Of a stretch of DNA of 14,695 bases, positions 1 to 7,568 are shown one piece after another. How positions within the stretch are numbered: position 1 is the stretch's first letter; every line of letters starts with the position of its first letter. Source of the stretch: an uncultured archaeon. Lineage in GTDB: Archaea > Asgardarchaeota > Hermodarchaeia > Hermodarchaeales > Hermodarchaeaceae. The position numbers and the translations under genes are program-made. The notes beneath the pieces were generated by a model, which saw only the letters and a list, made by a program, of their open reading frames with translations, was not told where the DNA came from and did no database searches. The stretch spans positions 1-14,695 of the forward strand of contig CAYFXC010000032.1 of NCBI GenBank assembly GCA_964347045.1. Direction: 5' to 3'.

Positions 1-613
1 CTACATCCCCTCCTTCTAGTGACCCAATGGTCACAATCAATGGTTTATCTGACACTTTTCCTTGTAACAGCAGAGATTTAGTTCGCTTTATGTATAGGTC
101 TTCATCCCACCACAAGCTGGGACTAATAGCTAGATAAGCCGAGAAAAGGTCAGGGTGATACAAGAAACTATGAATGGTGAGCAATCCACCTAGTGACCAA
201 CCTGCTAAAATTCTGTATGGGTGCGTCCTGTATTTTTCTTCCAATAGGGGAATTAGTTCTTTTCGTAAAAATTGAATAAATTTCTCAGCTTTTCCACTTG
301 TTGGAAATTCTAACCCCTCTCGTTGCATGGGAGCAAAAGTTGGTGTATAGTCCCGATTTCGATCTACATTAACAATTCCAACGATAATCATCTCTGGAAT
401 TGGTTTGGTGCTAATATATCCACATTCTGATAGGAATTCAACGGCTGCAATAGCTTGTTGGAAAAAGAATTCAGCATCTAACAGAAAAAGTATGGGGTAT
501 TTTTTGTCAGTAGCTTCATAATTTTTGGGACATCTAACAAGAATTGCCCTCTCTTCTCCAAGAACTTCCGAGTTCACTACAATCTTTTCTCCTAGAACGA
601 TTTTCTCGGTCAT
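1..613 (-). CDS. Alpha/beta-hydrolase fold putative esterase (IroE/Fes-like); runs off the left window edge
   Basis: Not in the ORF track because there is no stop in the window. Manual translation from ATG at 613 gives MTEKIVLGEKIVVNSEVLGEERAILVRCPKNY..KYPILFLLDAE..IPEMIIVGIVNVDRNRDYTPT..LAGWSLGGL..YLAISPSLWW. GWSLG is a GxSxG nucleophile motif. The SD-like GGTGA lies 5 nt upstream (GGTGATTGAGATG). Confidence 0.9.
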   Translation of the reverse strand, partial: MTEKIVLGEKIVVNSEVLGEERAILVRCPKNYEATDKKYPILFLLDAEFFFQQAIAAVEFLSECGYISTKPIPEMIIVGIVNVDRNRDYTPTFAPMQREGLEFPTSGKAEKFIQFLRKELIPLLEEKYRTHPYRILAGWSLGGLLTIHSFLYHPDLFSAYLAISPSLWWDEDLYIKRTKSLLLQGKVSDKPLIVTIGSLEGGDV

Positions 614-771
614 CTCAATCACCTAACCCGAAATATTTTCCAACTTAAAGTGAGAAAGACTTTCCAGTTATTATATAAAAAATAAGTATTCGGTAAAACA
701 AGAACAGATTGAATTAATGGAGCTAGGCGTTATCATAATAATTTCAATGATGTAAACCTCTTACTAGAACC

Positions 772-829
772 ATGATGTGAACCAAATCATCTTTCATGTC
801 ATTTGCAAAGAAGCAGTATCCTGGTATTC
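772..829 (+). repeat. Inter-module repeat copy R1 (core intact, 3' part degenerate)
   Basis: ATGATGTGAACC-AAATCAT-CTTTCATGTCAT (772-802), then TTGCAAAGAA..GTATTC. Confidence 0.85.
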
Positions 830-1056
830 TCTTTTCAACTGATGAAAGAGGTGGAAGAGGAACAGATTTAGTCAGAAAACATTATGGGCGTTCGCCATTT
901 TTTAGATAATAATTTGCATCCGGTTTCATCATATTTTTATAGCCGAAGAAATTAATTTTCTCAATATTTGAGAATGTTTTTACCATTCGCGATACATAAT
1001 GCTCTTACACTAAGAATATTTGTCTTAACAAAGACCATCAAGGAGGTTGATAGACC

Positions 1057-1998
1057 ATGAAAGTCATCTATCGTCATTATGAACCGGAGCAGAAATTAGA
1101 AGAAATTCGGGCACAGATCTACACCACCGCTTCAGGTCTTCCCGCAACCGCTGATCAAATCAGAGTTCAAGCACTGAATAGTGATCCAAAACTGATGCGT
1201 TTTGCTTTCACTGAAAAAGATGAACCACTCGCGTACATCTCAGCGAGCGGCTCTGATTCCCAACCTTGGACGATTGGCATGGGTTATCCTTGGTCCCTAC
1301 CCGGATGCCCCTCCAATGTCCAGGAGAAAATCTTCAAGGACCTAATTAGCTACATCAAACGTAATGAAAAAATCCAAGAAATCACTACCGGAGTGGTTTG
1401 GGCGTCAAAAATAGCTAATGATCAAATCCAGTTTTTCCAAGAGAATGGCTTCACCGAGAAAGAAAGGGTATTCCTATACTCCCTTGACTATGACATCACA
1501 GAAGTTAGTCAATGGAAATTAACCAAAGATATAAGCTCCTTTAGTAGTCGAGTAGCAACGAGTAAAGATGTTAATCAGTTGGTTGAACTATGCCAGTCTG
1601 ATCCCATCATACGAAATGCCTTCCCAACCCAAGAAGCTTGGAAAAGCTACTTCGAAGACAGAGTTCTAAAAGATGGACACGCTGTAATGGTTTTCAAGGG
1701 GAACCAAGTCGTTGCTGCAAGCGCTCCCCTCAGGTTTAAACCCGATGGTATTTTCCTAAGAGGAAATGAAGAACGAATCATAATGAGATTCCGAGCAGTC
1801 AGGCCAGGCCATCAAGAAGCTTGGAAAAGGCTGCTAATAGAACTAACCAAGGAAGCTGTAGCTGCAGGATGGACCGATCTTCCACTTAGAGAAAGCATTT
1901 TCTTCTCTACAAATTCATTAACTGCAACTATTTTGGCCGAACAACACCCAGATATCGAAGAAACCCAAATAATACTATCCTACCAACCTCAATCCTAA
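1057..1998 (+). CDS. Hypothetical protein, possibly tandem GNAT-like fold
   Basis: 313-aa ORF with AGGAGGT SD upstream. The IYRHYEPE start, FFQENGFTE motif and SRVATSKDVNQLVEL segment resemble a two-domain GNAT layout. The function is not established. Confidence 0.75.
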   Translation: MKVIYRHYEPEQKLEEIRAQIYTTASGLPATADQIRVQALNSDPKLMRFAFTEKDEPLAYISASGSDSQPWTIGMGYPWSLPGCPSNVQEKIFKDLISYIKRNEKIQEITTGVVWASKIANDQIQFFQENGFTEKERVFLYSLDYDITEVSQWKLTKDISSFSSRVATSKDVNQLVELCQSDPIIRNAFPTQEAWKSYFEDRVLKDGHAVMVFKGNQVVAASAPLRFKPDGIFLRGNEERIIMRFRAVRPGHQEAWKRLLIELTKEAVAAGWTDLPLRESIFFSTNSLTATILAEQHPDIEETQIILSYQPQS

Positions 1999-2089
1999 AC
2001 CACTCTGCCACACATTGTTTTCATGTAGATTACACAGTAAACAAATTTGCGAATTCAACATCACCCTGATGAACTTCTTTCAGCAATAA

Positions 2090-2196
2090 ACGATATGAAC
2101 AAAATCATCTTTCCCGTCATTTGTAAGAAATTGAATGTCCGTCTTCAGCACTTAATGCAGCACATAACTCACTAAAAATAAACTGACGATAATAAA
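2090..2196 (+). repeat. Inter-module repeat copy R2
   Basis: ACGATATGAACA-AAATCAT-CTTTCCCGTCAT (2090-2120), TTGTAAGAAA, GTCTTC (2141-2146), ATAACTC, AAAAATA. Confidence 0.85.
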
Positions 2197-2363
2197 TGTA
2201 GGCTAATTCACCCCAGATGACACATTATTATCTGAATTAACAGATGGTTAAGCTCTGTTTATTATAATATTTATTTAAATATATAGCTAAACATTATTGT
2301 TTCTTCGGCTTATATTAAGCACGGCTACCATTAATTCACGCAAGACCTTCACGAGGGAGTTGC

Positions 2364-3734
2364 ATGAAACTGACAATAAAAAATCTTAGAAGCGTCCTAG
2401 CACTAATACTGCTTTTTTCAGCGGTTTCTCCGGTTTTTTATTACCTGCTAAATTCTGATGGTTCTCCATGGGACCCTAACCCTTCAGAAACACAGCACGC
2501 CACATTACCGCATCATAAAATACTAGTGAATAATGAGCATTATCCAGAGTGGAATGTAACATTAGGAGGAACTGGTACTCAAACCGGTGCTTCGATTATT
2601 GAATGCCGAAATGGTGGTTATGCCTTAGTTGGCCAGGGCGCTGGCTGGGGAGACAGAGACGCGTTTCTAATCCGTCTTGATCAGGATGGAACGTTTCTCT
2701 GGAACCAGACCTATGGCGGGGAGGACAGGGATGGAGCGGGAGGCATTGTCGAATGTAGCGATGGTGGCTTTGCTATCACCGGGGGATCATCGAATTTCAC
2801 CACCGGAAACCACGCATGGTTACTTCGCACCGATGCGAACGGTAACCAACTTTGGAACTATACTTATCCAAGTCTTAATTTTGATGGATTTGGGGCAATT
2901 ATCGAGCTCTCAGGTGGCGGATTCGCCGTCTCAGGGTATACCGGGACTTTTGGGGCAGGAGGAATCGATGCTTGGTTGGTCTTTTTTGATGCTCTTGGAC
3001 AGCCGATTCAGAATTTCACATATGGTGGTATTGACGACGATTACGCAATTCGGATGATCCAGTGTCAAAGTGGTGGGTTTGCCATTGTTGGGACGACTGG
3101 CAGTTATGGGGAAGGAATAAGGAGCTTGTGGTTGCTACGTGTAAACGACAACGGCGATTTAGCTTGGAATAGAACCTATGGTGGCGCTGGTTGGGATACA
3201 TTGTACGGTGTTACCGAATGCCTTGATGGAAATCTAGCTCTCGCTGGATCTGGAAATAGCACGGGTGCCGGTAGTTGGGACATGATTCTCATTCTGACCG
3301 ATATGAATGGGAATGAGCTCTGGAACCAAACCTTTGGGGGCACCGCGAGTGATGGCGCCTTTGGGCTTGTTCAACTAGCCGATTTAGGCTTTGCCCTAGC
3401 TGGTTGGACTTACTCCTTTGGGGCAGGCTCCGAGGATATCTGGGTTGTCCGCACCGACCAAAATGGAAATCAACTTTGGAATCAGACCCTTGGTGGAGCA
3501 AGTTTTGATGAATGCTTTGATGTCGAAAAAACCTCAGATGGCGGATTCATCCTGGTTGGTGATACCTACAACTTTGGAGACCCCATCGATGTGTGGGTCC
3601 TTTATTTCAAAGACGACTCTCCACCTTTCACGCCCTCACTTCCAATAGAACTCATTGGACTCGTAGTGATCATCATTCTCGTAATCGTTATAGCAGGTCT
3701 ACTATTAATTCGGCGCCGGCAAACAGCGACTTGA
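2364..3734 (+). CDS. Secreted, C-terminally membrane-anchored repeat protein (probable beta-propeller)
   Basis: N-terminal hydrophobic signal or TM segment. About 7 repeats of roughly 50 aa of the form DGGFALAG.T..FGAG..D.WL.R.D.NGN.LWNQTYGG. C-terminal TM IGLVVIIILVIVIAGLLLI followed by RRR. Confidence 0.85.
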   Translation: MKLTIKNLRSVLALILLFSAVSPVFYYLLNSDGSPWDPNPSETQHATLPHHKILVNNEHYPEWNVTLGGTGTQTGASIIECRNGGYALVGQGAGWGDRDAFLIRLDQDGTFLWNQTYGGEDRDGAGGIVECSDGGFAITGGSSNFTTGNHAWLLRTDANGNQLWNYTYPSLNFDGFGAIIELSGGGFAVSGYTGTFGAGGIDAWLVFFDALGQPIQNFTYGGIDDDYAIRMIQCQSGGFAIVGTTGSYGEGIRSLWLLRVNDNGDLAWNRTYGGAGWDTLYGVTECLDGNLALAGSGNSTGAGSWDMILILTDMNGNELWNQTFGGTASDGAFGLVQLADLGFALAGWTYSFGAGSEDIWVVRTDQNGNQLWNQTLGGASFDECFDVEKTSDGGFILVGDTYNFGDPIDVWVLYFKDDSPPFTPSLPIELIGLVVIIILVIVIAGLLLIRRRQTAT

Positions 3735-3811
3735 TCACCATCGCTAACTCCAGGCAAAGCAGGAAATTGCGTAAGGAATTTTACAAATTCCAAAACGGTC
3801 AATCTAACAGT

Positions 3812-3925
3812 ATGACGTGAAGCAGATCATCTTTCACATCGTTTGTAAGAAACCGCTTGTGCGTCTTCGAAAGTAGGGAAAACCGCAAATAACTCGTCCA
3901 GAAATAGTCTACGGCAATTAAAAAA
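3812..3925 (+). repeat. Inter-module repeat copy R3 (most complete)
   Basis: ATGACGTGAAGC-AGATCAT-CTTTCACATCGT (3812-3842), TTGTAAGAAA, then GTCTTCGAAAGTAGGGAAAACCGCAAATAACTCGTCCAGAAATAGTCTAC (3863-3912), which matches R5 at 43/50 by hand alignment. Confidence 0.9.
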
Positions 3926-4184
3926 AATGCCCGAAGATTTGAGTATGCCTTGAGTATCTCCCTGCAAGGGTAGCGGTACCAGTCTCCACCAACCTAAAAT
4001 CGGTACGCCCCATACATATTTCCTTGAAGCCCTCAGCCTCAATGTTCAGTCTCGAATTCTGATCCCGGGCCATCACTAAACCACAGACCGAACAGGAATA
4101 CACTCGCTCATCCACGCGAACCTCGCGGATGGCTCCATACCCTGAACAGATTTTAGTAGAGGGGAACCAGCGATCCACATGCAC
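3918..4184 (-). pseudogene. tnpB: TnpB C-terminal fragment (zinc ribbon / RuvC III region)
   Basis: VDRWFPSTKICSGYG..ERVYSCSVCGLVMARDQNSRLNI matches the TnpB pattern V.R.FPSSK.CS.CG..R...C..CG...DRD.NAA.NI. One Cys is changed to Tyr, and the N-terminal ~300 aa are missing. Confidence 0.85.
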
Positions 4185-4316
4185 CGGCGTATTGGTTATG
4201 GTGTTCGTCTGGGTTTGGTGCTGTGGGTTCTACATGTTGTATCGATTGTGGCTTCTTTAATCCCCCGCGTATTTCATTCCACTCCTAAAGGATGTGGGCT
4301 TTCTTGCGCGGGGTAC
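3930..4316 (-). mobile_element. Internally deleted IS200/IS605-family remnant (end hairpin plus tnpB 3' fragment); boundaries approximate
   Basis: A tnpB C-terminal fragment lies about 80 bp from a subterminal hairpin typical of IS605 ends. On the minus strand the hairpin reads AAGCCCACATCCTTTAGGAGTGG, within an outer CCCCGCG..CGCGGGG stem (4263-4313). Confidence 0.75.
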
Positions 4317-4317
4317 C

Positions 4318-4360
4318 TTGTAAAAATTTCAAATATGTCTTCGAGTTTCATTCAAATAGT
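4318..4360 (+). repeat. Partial (right-half) repeat copy R3b abutting the IS remnant
   Basis: TTGTAAAAATTTCAAATAT-GTCTTCGAG (4318-4345) matches the TTGTAAGAA..GTCTTCGAA part of the repeat at the usual spacing. The palindromic core is absent. Confidence 0.55.
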
Positions 4361-4426
4361 TAGAAACTTTTCGAACAACATTAGAATTCAATACTGTTAA
4401 TTCAAAAGTAGCACTTGGTGATTGAA

Positions 4427-5410
4427 ATGAAAATCAGCATTAGTATCGAACCTCATGCAGGGTATACATACGATGATATCGTTACCTTAGCGAAAGCAGC
4501 TGAAGATGCAGGATTTTATCGATTCACCGTATCAGATCATTTCTTTGGATGGATTGAAGGCAGAGAGAATCAATGTTATGAGGCTTGGACCACCCTTGCA
4601 TTACTCACTCCACAAACAGAGAGGATTCACCTCGGAACTCAGGTCACTTGTCAATCCTATCGGAATCCGGCGCTTCTTGCGAAGATCGCGGCTAACCTAG
4701 ACAACGCTTCCAATGGTCGAATCACCCTTGATATTGGAGCTGGGTGGAAGAAGCCGGAGTACGAAGCATACGGATATCCGTATCCTTCCACCAAGACCCG
4801 AATTCTCCAATTGCGAGAGGCACTCCAAATCATCACTCTGCTATGGACAGAAGAACGACCTAGCTTTGATGGAGAGTTCTACAGTATCAAGGAAACGACG
4901 TTCCTCCCAAAACCCGTTCAAAGTCCGCACATCCCCATTTGGGTGGGAACAGAAACGCTCAAGGCACCGCTGATGGAAGAAACCGCGGCGAGATATGCAG
5001 ACGGCGTGGATTATATCAAAGGAACAGTGGCAGACTATGCCCAAAAGAAGGAACGCATGAGAGTAATGTGTGAAACGGTTGGCCGCAACTTTGAGGAGTT
5101 AGGATGGTCTACAGGACTCATGGTAGCCGTCATCGGTGAGGATAATGATGATTTTGAAAATCGAAAGCGCGATGTGATACGTCAGGAATGGCTTCACGGG
5201 AATTATACAGAGGAATTTAAGAAGAAGGCACTAGAGGCGGGTTGTAAGCAGGATTTAGCCGGACCACCTGAGAGGGTCATTGAAAGATTACGTCAATACA
5301 AGGAGCGTGTAGACGTTTTCAATATCGGCTTACCTTTCGTGGGGAATGTTCGACAAATGGGGTTAGATACGGTTCGGATTCTGAAGGATCACATTGTTTC
5401 AAAAATATGA
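4427..5410 (+). CDS. LLM-class flavin/F420-dependent oxidoreductase (luciferase-like)
   Basis: Motifs AEDAGF..VSDHF, EAWTTLA, TERIHLGT, YRNPALLAKIAANLD.ASNGR..L.IGAGW, PKPVQSPHIPIWVG. ATG at 4427 is preferred over TTG at 4415 because SD GGTGA lies at 4417-4421. Confidence 0.93.
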   Translation: MKISISIEPHAGYTYDDIVTLAKAAEDAGFYRFTVSDHFFGWIEGRENQCYEAWTTLALLTPQTERIHLGTQVTCQSYRNPALLAKIAANLDNASNGRITLDIGAGWKKPEYEAYGYPYPSTKTRILQLREALQIITLLWTEERPSFDGEFYSIKETTFLPKPVQSPHIPIWVGTETLKAPLMEETAARYADGVDYIKGTVADYAQKKERMRVMCETVGRNFEELGWSTGLMVAVIGEDNDDFENRKRDVIRQEWLHGNYTEEFKKKALEAGCKQDLAGPPERVIERLRQYKERVDVFNIGLPFVGNVRQMGLDTVRILKDHIVSKI

Positions 5411-5433
5411 GTGACAAAAAATCATTAGAAATA

Positions 5434-5542
5434 GCGATGTGAAACAAATCTATCCTTCACGTCATTAGTACGAATTAGCACGTTTGTCTTCAACATCTTG
5501 TAAACTGTCTAATAACACAAGGAAAATCTGGCTGCAGCAATA
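5434..5542 (+). repeat. Inter-module repeat copy R4 (between convergent genes)
   Basis: GCGATGTGAAAC-AAATCTAT-CCTTCACGTCAT (5434-5465), TAGTACGAA, GTCTTC (5486-5491), AATAACAC, AAAAT. Confidence 0.85.
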
Positions 5543-5543
5543 T

Positions 5544-5577
5544 TCACCGCTAACCCTTCTGAGAGAGGTTCGGGTGA
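5544..5577. terminator. Imperfect hairpin just past the regulator stop codon; possible terminator
   Basis: TCACCG-ct-AACC-cttctgagaga-GGTT-CGGGTGA inverted repeat. Confidence 0.35.
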
Positions 5578-5583
5578 GTTGGT

Positions 5584-6192
5584 TTACGAGGTTGAGCGGG
5601 ATTTTGGAAGTTTCATTCTTAGTTTTTCAATACTGATTTTTCCTTCCTCTAGGTGCAATTTTGTATATTCAAGTAGGAGTGAAAGATAAAGGAACTCCGC
5701 CGTTTCTTCATCACTTTCTTTGGCTTCATCGACTCGTTCCTCAATGGCTTCTGCGATTTCTTGAGCATATTGATCGATTAACGGACTCGCGACCTCTTGG
5801 AGATCAAGGTTTTGGCTTCCAATTTTTCCTAACAAATACCCCCACAGAAAGGTCTTAATGGGGAGTAACTGGGCTTCCTGTTCGGCTGGCGAGAGGGCCC
5901 GAAGTTTGGGTACTTGCAACGGAAACACGGCGCGATAGAATTTCCGAATTCCCCCGCGGTAATATTCCTCTCGAGTTTTTCTGATTAGGTGCTCTTCCTC
6001 AAGACGTTTTAGGTGGTAGCTGATTCGGCTTTTGCTCAAGCCTAACATCCTTGCTAATTCGCCGAGAGAGCGTTCTTCTTTCGTTAAGTGTCGTAAAATA
6101 CTAGCAGTAATAGGGCGAACGAGCATGGATGCGGACTTGGGCTGTTTGATAGACCGAGTTTGTGTTCGAGGAGCATCTCCCAGAGTCTTCAC
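5584..6192 (-). CDS. ArsR/HTH_20-type winged-helix transcriptional regulator
   Basis: PITASILRHL..SLGELARMLGLSKSRISYHLKRLEEEHLIR..RKFYR. It is divergent from the opine dehydrogenase operon. Confidence 0.88.
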   Translation of the reverse strand: MKTLGDAPRTQTRSIKQPKSASMLVRPITASILRHLTKEERSLGELARMLGLSKSRISYHLKRLEEEHLIRKTREEYYRGGIRKFYRAVFPLQVPKLRALSPAEQEAQLLPIKTFLWGYLLGKIGSQNLDLQEVASPLIDQYAQEIAEAIEERVDEAKESDEETAEFLYLSLLLEYTKLHLEEGKISIEKLRMKLPKSRSTS

Positions 6193-6211
6193 TTCCGCGT
6201 TAGTGTTCTGA

Positions 6212-6230
6212 TTTTATAAAACTTATAAAA
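6212..6230. promoter_or_regulatory. Archaeal TATA-like boxes in the divergent promoter
   Basis: TTTTATAAAA (6212-6221, palindromic) and TTATAAAA lie 20-38 bp from the regulator GTG, compatible with a leaderless transcript. Confidence 0.5.
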
Positions 6231-6260
6231 GGCTGCAAAACACTTATATCTAATACTGTA

Positions 6261-6307
6261 AAATTTTTGACGGTTAAAAATTTGACGGTTATGTAATTGA
6301 CGGTCAA
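6261..6307. promoter_or_regulatory. Triple operator-like repeat, 15-bp period
   Basis: TTGACGGT at 6267, 6282 and 6297. The third copy forms the palindrome TTGAC-G-GTCAA. Confidence 0.7.
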
Positions 6308-6419
6308 ATAATTCCAAGTTCACCACAGAAGCTAGTTTGAGTGCAGGGCTAGAATTTTCCTCCTCACAAAATACAGCCCCACCACAGCATCTGTAAATTC
6401 TCCTCAGGAGACGAATGCA

Positions 6420-7568
6420 ATGTCGGTTAAACTAGCAATCTTAGGCGCGGGACATGGGGGCCAAGGGCTTGCAGCCTATCTTGCCCTTGACGGTCACGAG
6501 GTAAGTCTGTACAATCGATCAAAATCTCGACTGCGTCCAATACAAAAGCAAAATGGAATTCATGTTGAAGGTGAAGTTAATGGGTTCGCACAGTTAACCA
6601 GTTGTACCTCAAGCATTCAACACGCGCTCTCCGATGTAGATATTGTCTTTCTTGTGGTTCCTGCATCCGCGCATCGCGATTTAGCACGAAAATGTTCGCC
6701 CTATCTAACGCCCGAGCAACTGGTTGTACTAATTCCTGGACGAACGGGTGGCGCTTTAGAGTTCTCCACCATTGTGGAAGGACTCACTGGTTGGCGACCA
6801 ATCATTGCAGAAGCCCAAACATTTCCACTTGTAAGTCGTGTGATCAAGTCAGGATACGCCCACGTCTCGGCAATTAAATCAGAACTACCCGTGGCTGCTT
6901 TTCCTGCAAAACACACCGAAATTATCTGTGATCGGATTTCGTCTGTTCTCCCAAATGTCCGAAATGCCGAAGATGTACTCGAAACAGGCCTTGCCAATAT
7001 TGGGTCGGTTTTTCATCCAGCGCCATTGATTCTAAATATTGGTCGGGCTGAAACCACCAATGGTCAATATAATCACTATCTTGAAGGTGTCTCGCCTTCG
7101 GTTGCCCGTTTCCTCGAGCAAATTGATGCGGAAAGAGTTGCAGTGGGAACCGCTTTTGGGAAAGATATTCTTTCCGCCGCTAAATGGCTACGAGTAGTCT
7201 ACGACGCTGAAGGGACCACCTTGTATGAATGCTTGCATACGACTTCTGCCTACCAAGGTTTGGGAGCCCCGAGTTCGTTGGACCATCGATATCTCCATGA
7301 AGATGTACCCACCGGATTAGTGCCTATTGCAGCATTGGGTGAACTAGCAGGCGTACCAACTCCTACTATTCGCGCAACAATCGCGATGGCTTCACAGTTA
7401 TGTGGTCGTGATTTCTGGCAGGAAGGACGAAATGCTGAGAATCTTGGAATTACTGATTTTTCGCCAGCTGAATTACTGATGTTTGTGTGGGATGGATCGC
7501 TTGTAGCCTTGGAAGTTGCCGAGGAACTGGCAGTAGTTCAAGAATGGGAGGAGGTTGATTCCGAATGA
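6420..7568 (+). CDS. NAD/NADP octopine/nopaline (opine) dehydrogenase family protein
   Basis: Rossmann motif LAILGAGHGG, PGRTGGALEF, IAEAQTFP, L.NIGSVFHP and C-terminal HRYLHEDVPTGLVP. SD AGGAG lies upstream. Confidence 0.9.
   Translation: MSVKLAILGAGHGGQGLAAYLALDGHEVSLYNRSKSRLRPIQKQNGIHVEGEVNGFAQLTSCTSSIQHALSDVDIVFLVVPASAHRDLARKCSPYLTPEQLVVLIPGRTGGALEFSTIVEGLTGWRPIIAEAQTFPLVSRVIKSGYAHVSAIKSELPVAAFPAKHTEIICDRISSVLPNVRNAEDVLETGLANIGSVFHPAPLILNIGRAETTNGQYNHYLEGVSPSVARFLEQIDAERVAVGTAFGKDILSAAKWLRVVYDAEGTTLYECLHTTSAYQGLGAPSSLDHRYLHEDVPTGLVPIAALGELAGVPTPTIRATIAMASQLCGRDFWQEGRNAENLGITDFSPAELLMFVWDGSLVALEVAEELAVVQEWEEVDSE

Noticed and set aside
772-802. The core as a transcription-factor operator (TGTGA..TCAC resembles a CRP site)
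   Set aside because: The spacing does not fit TGTGA-N6-TCACA, and copies R4 and R5 lie between convergent 3' ends with no promoter to regulate.
3802-3925. The repeats as canonical integron attC sites (ATCTAAC precedes R3)
   Set aside because: RYYYAAC is not present before the other copies. There is no matching terminal GTTRRRY and no full-length dyad symmetry, and cargo genes lie in both orientations.
3812-3925. The repeat as duplicated fragments of a minus-strand protein (e.g. LFAVFPTFED / FLTNDVKDDLLHVI)
   Set aside because: Some substitutions look synonymous. However, the core-to-GTCTTC distance varies (19, 20 or 21 nt), which shifts the frame, and some copies contain stops. It is not fully excluded: a tblastn or blastx hit to an intact gene would instead point to target-gene duplication by repeated island integration.
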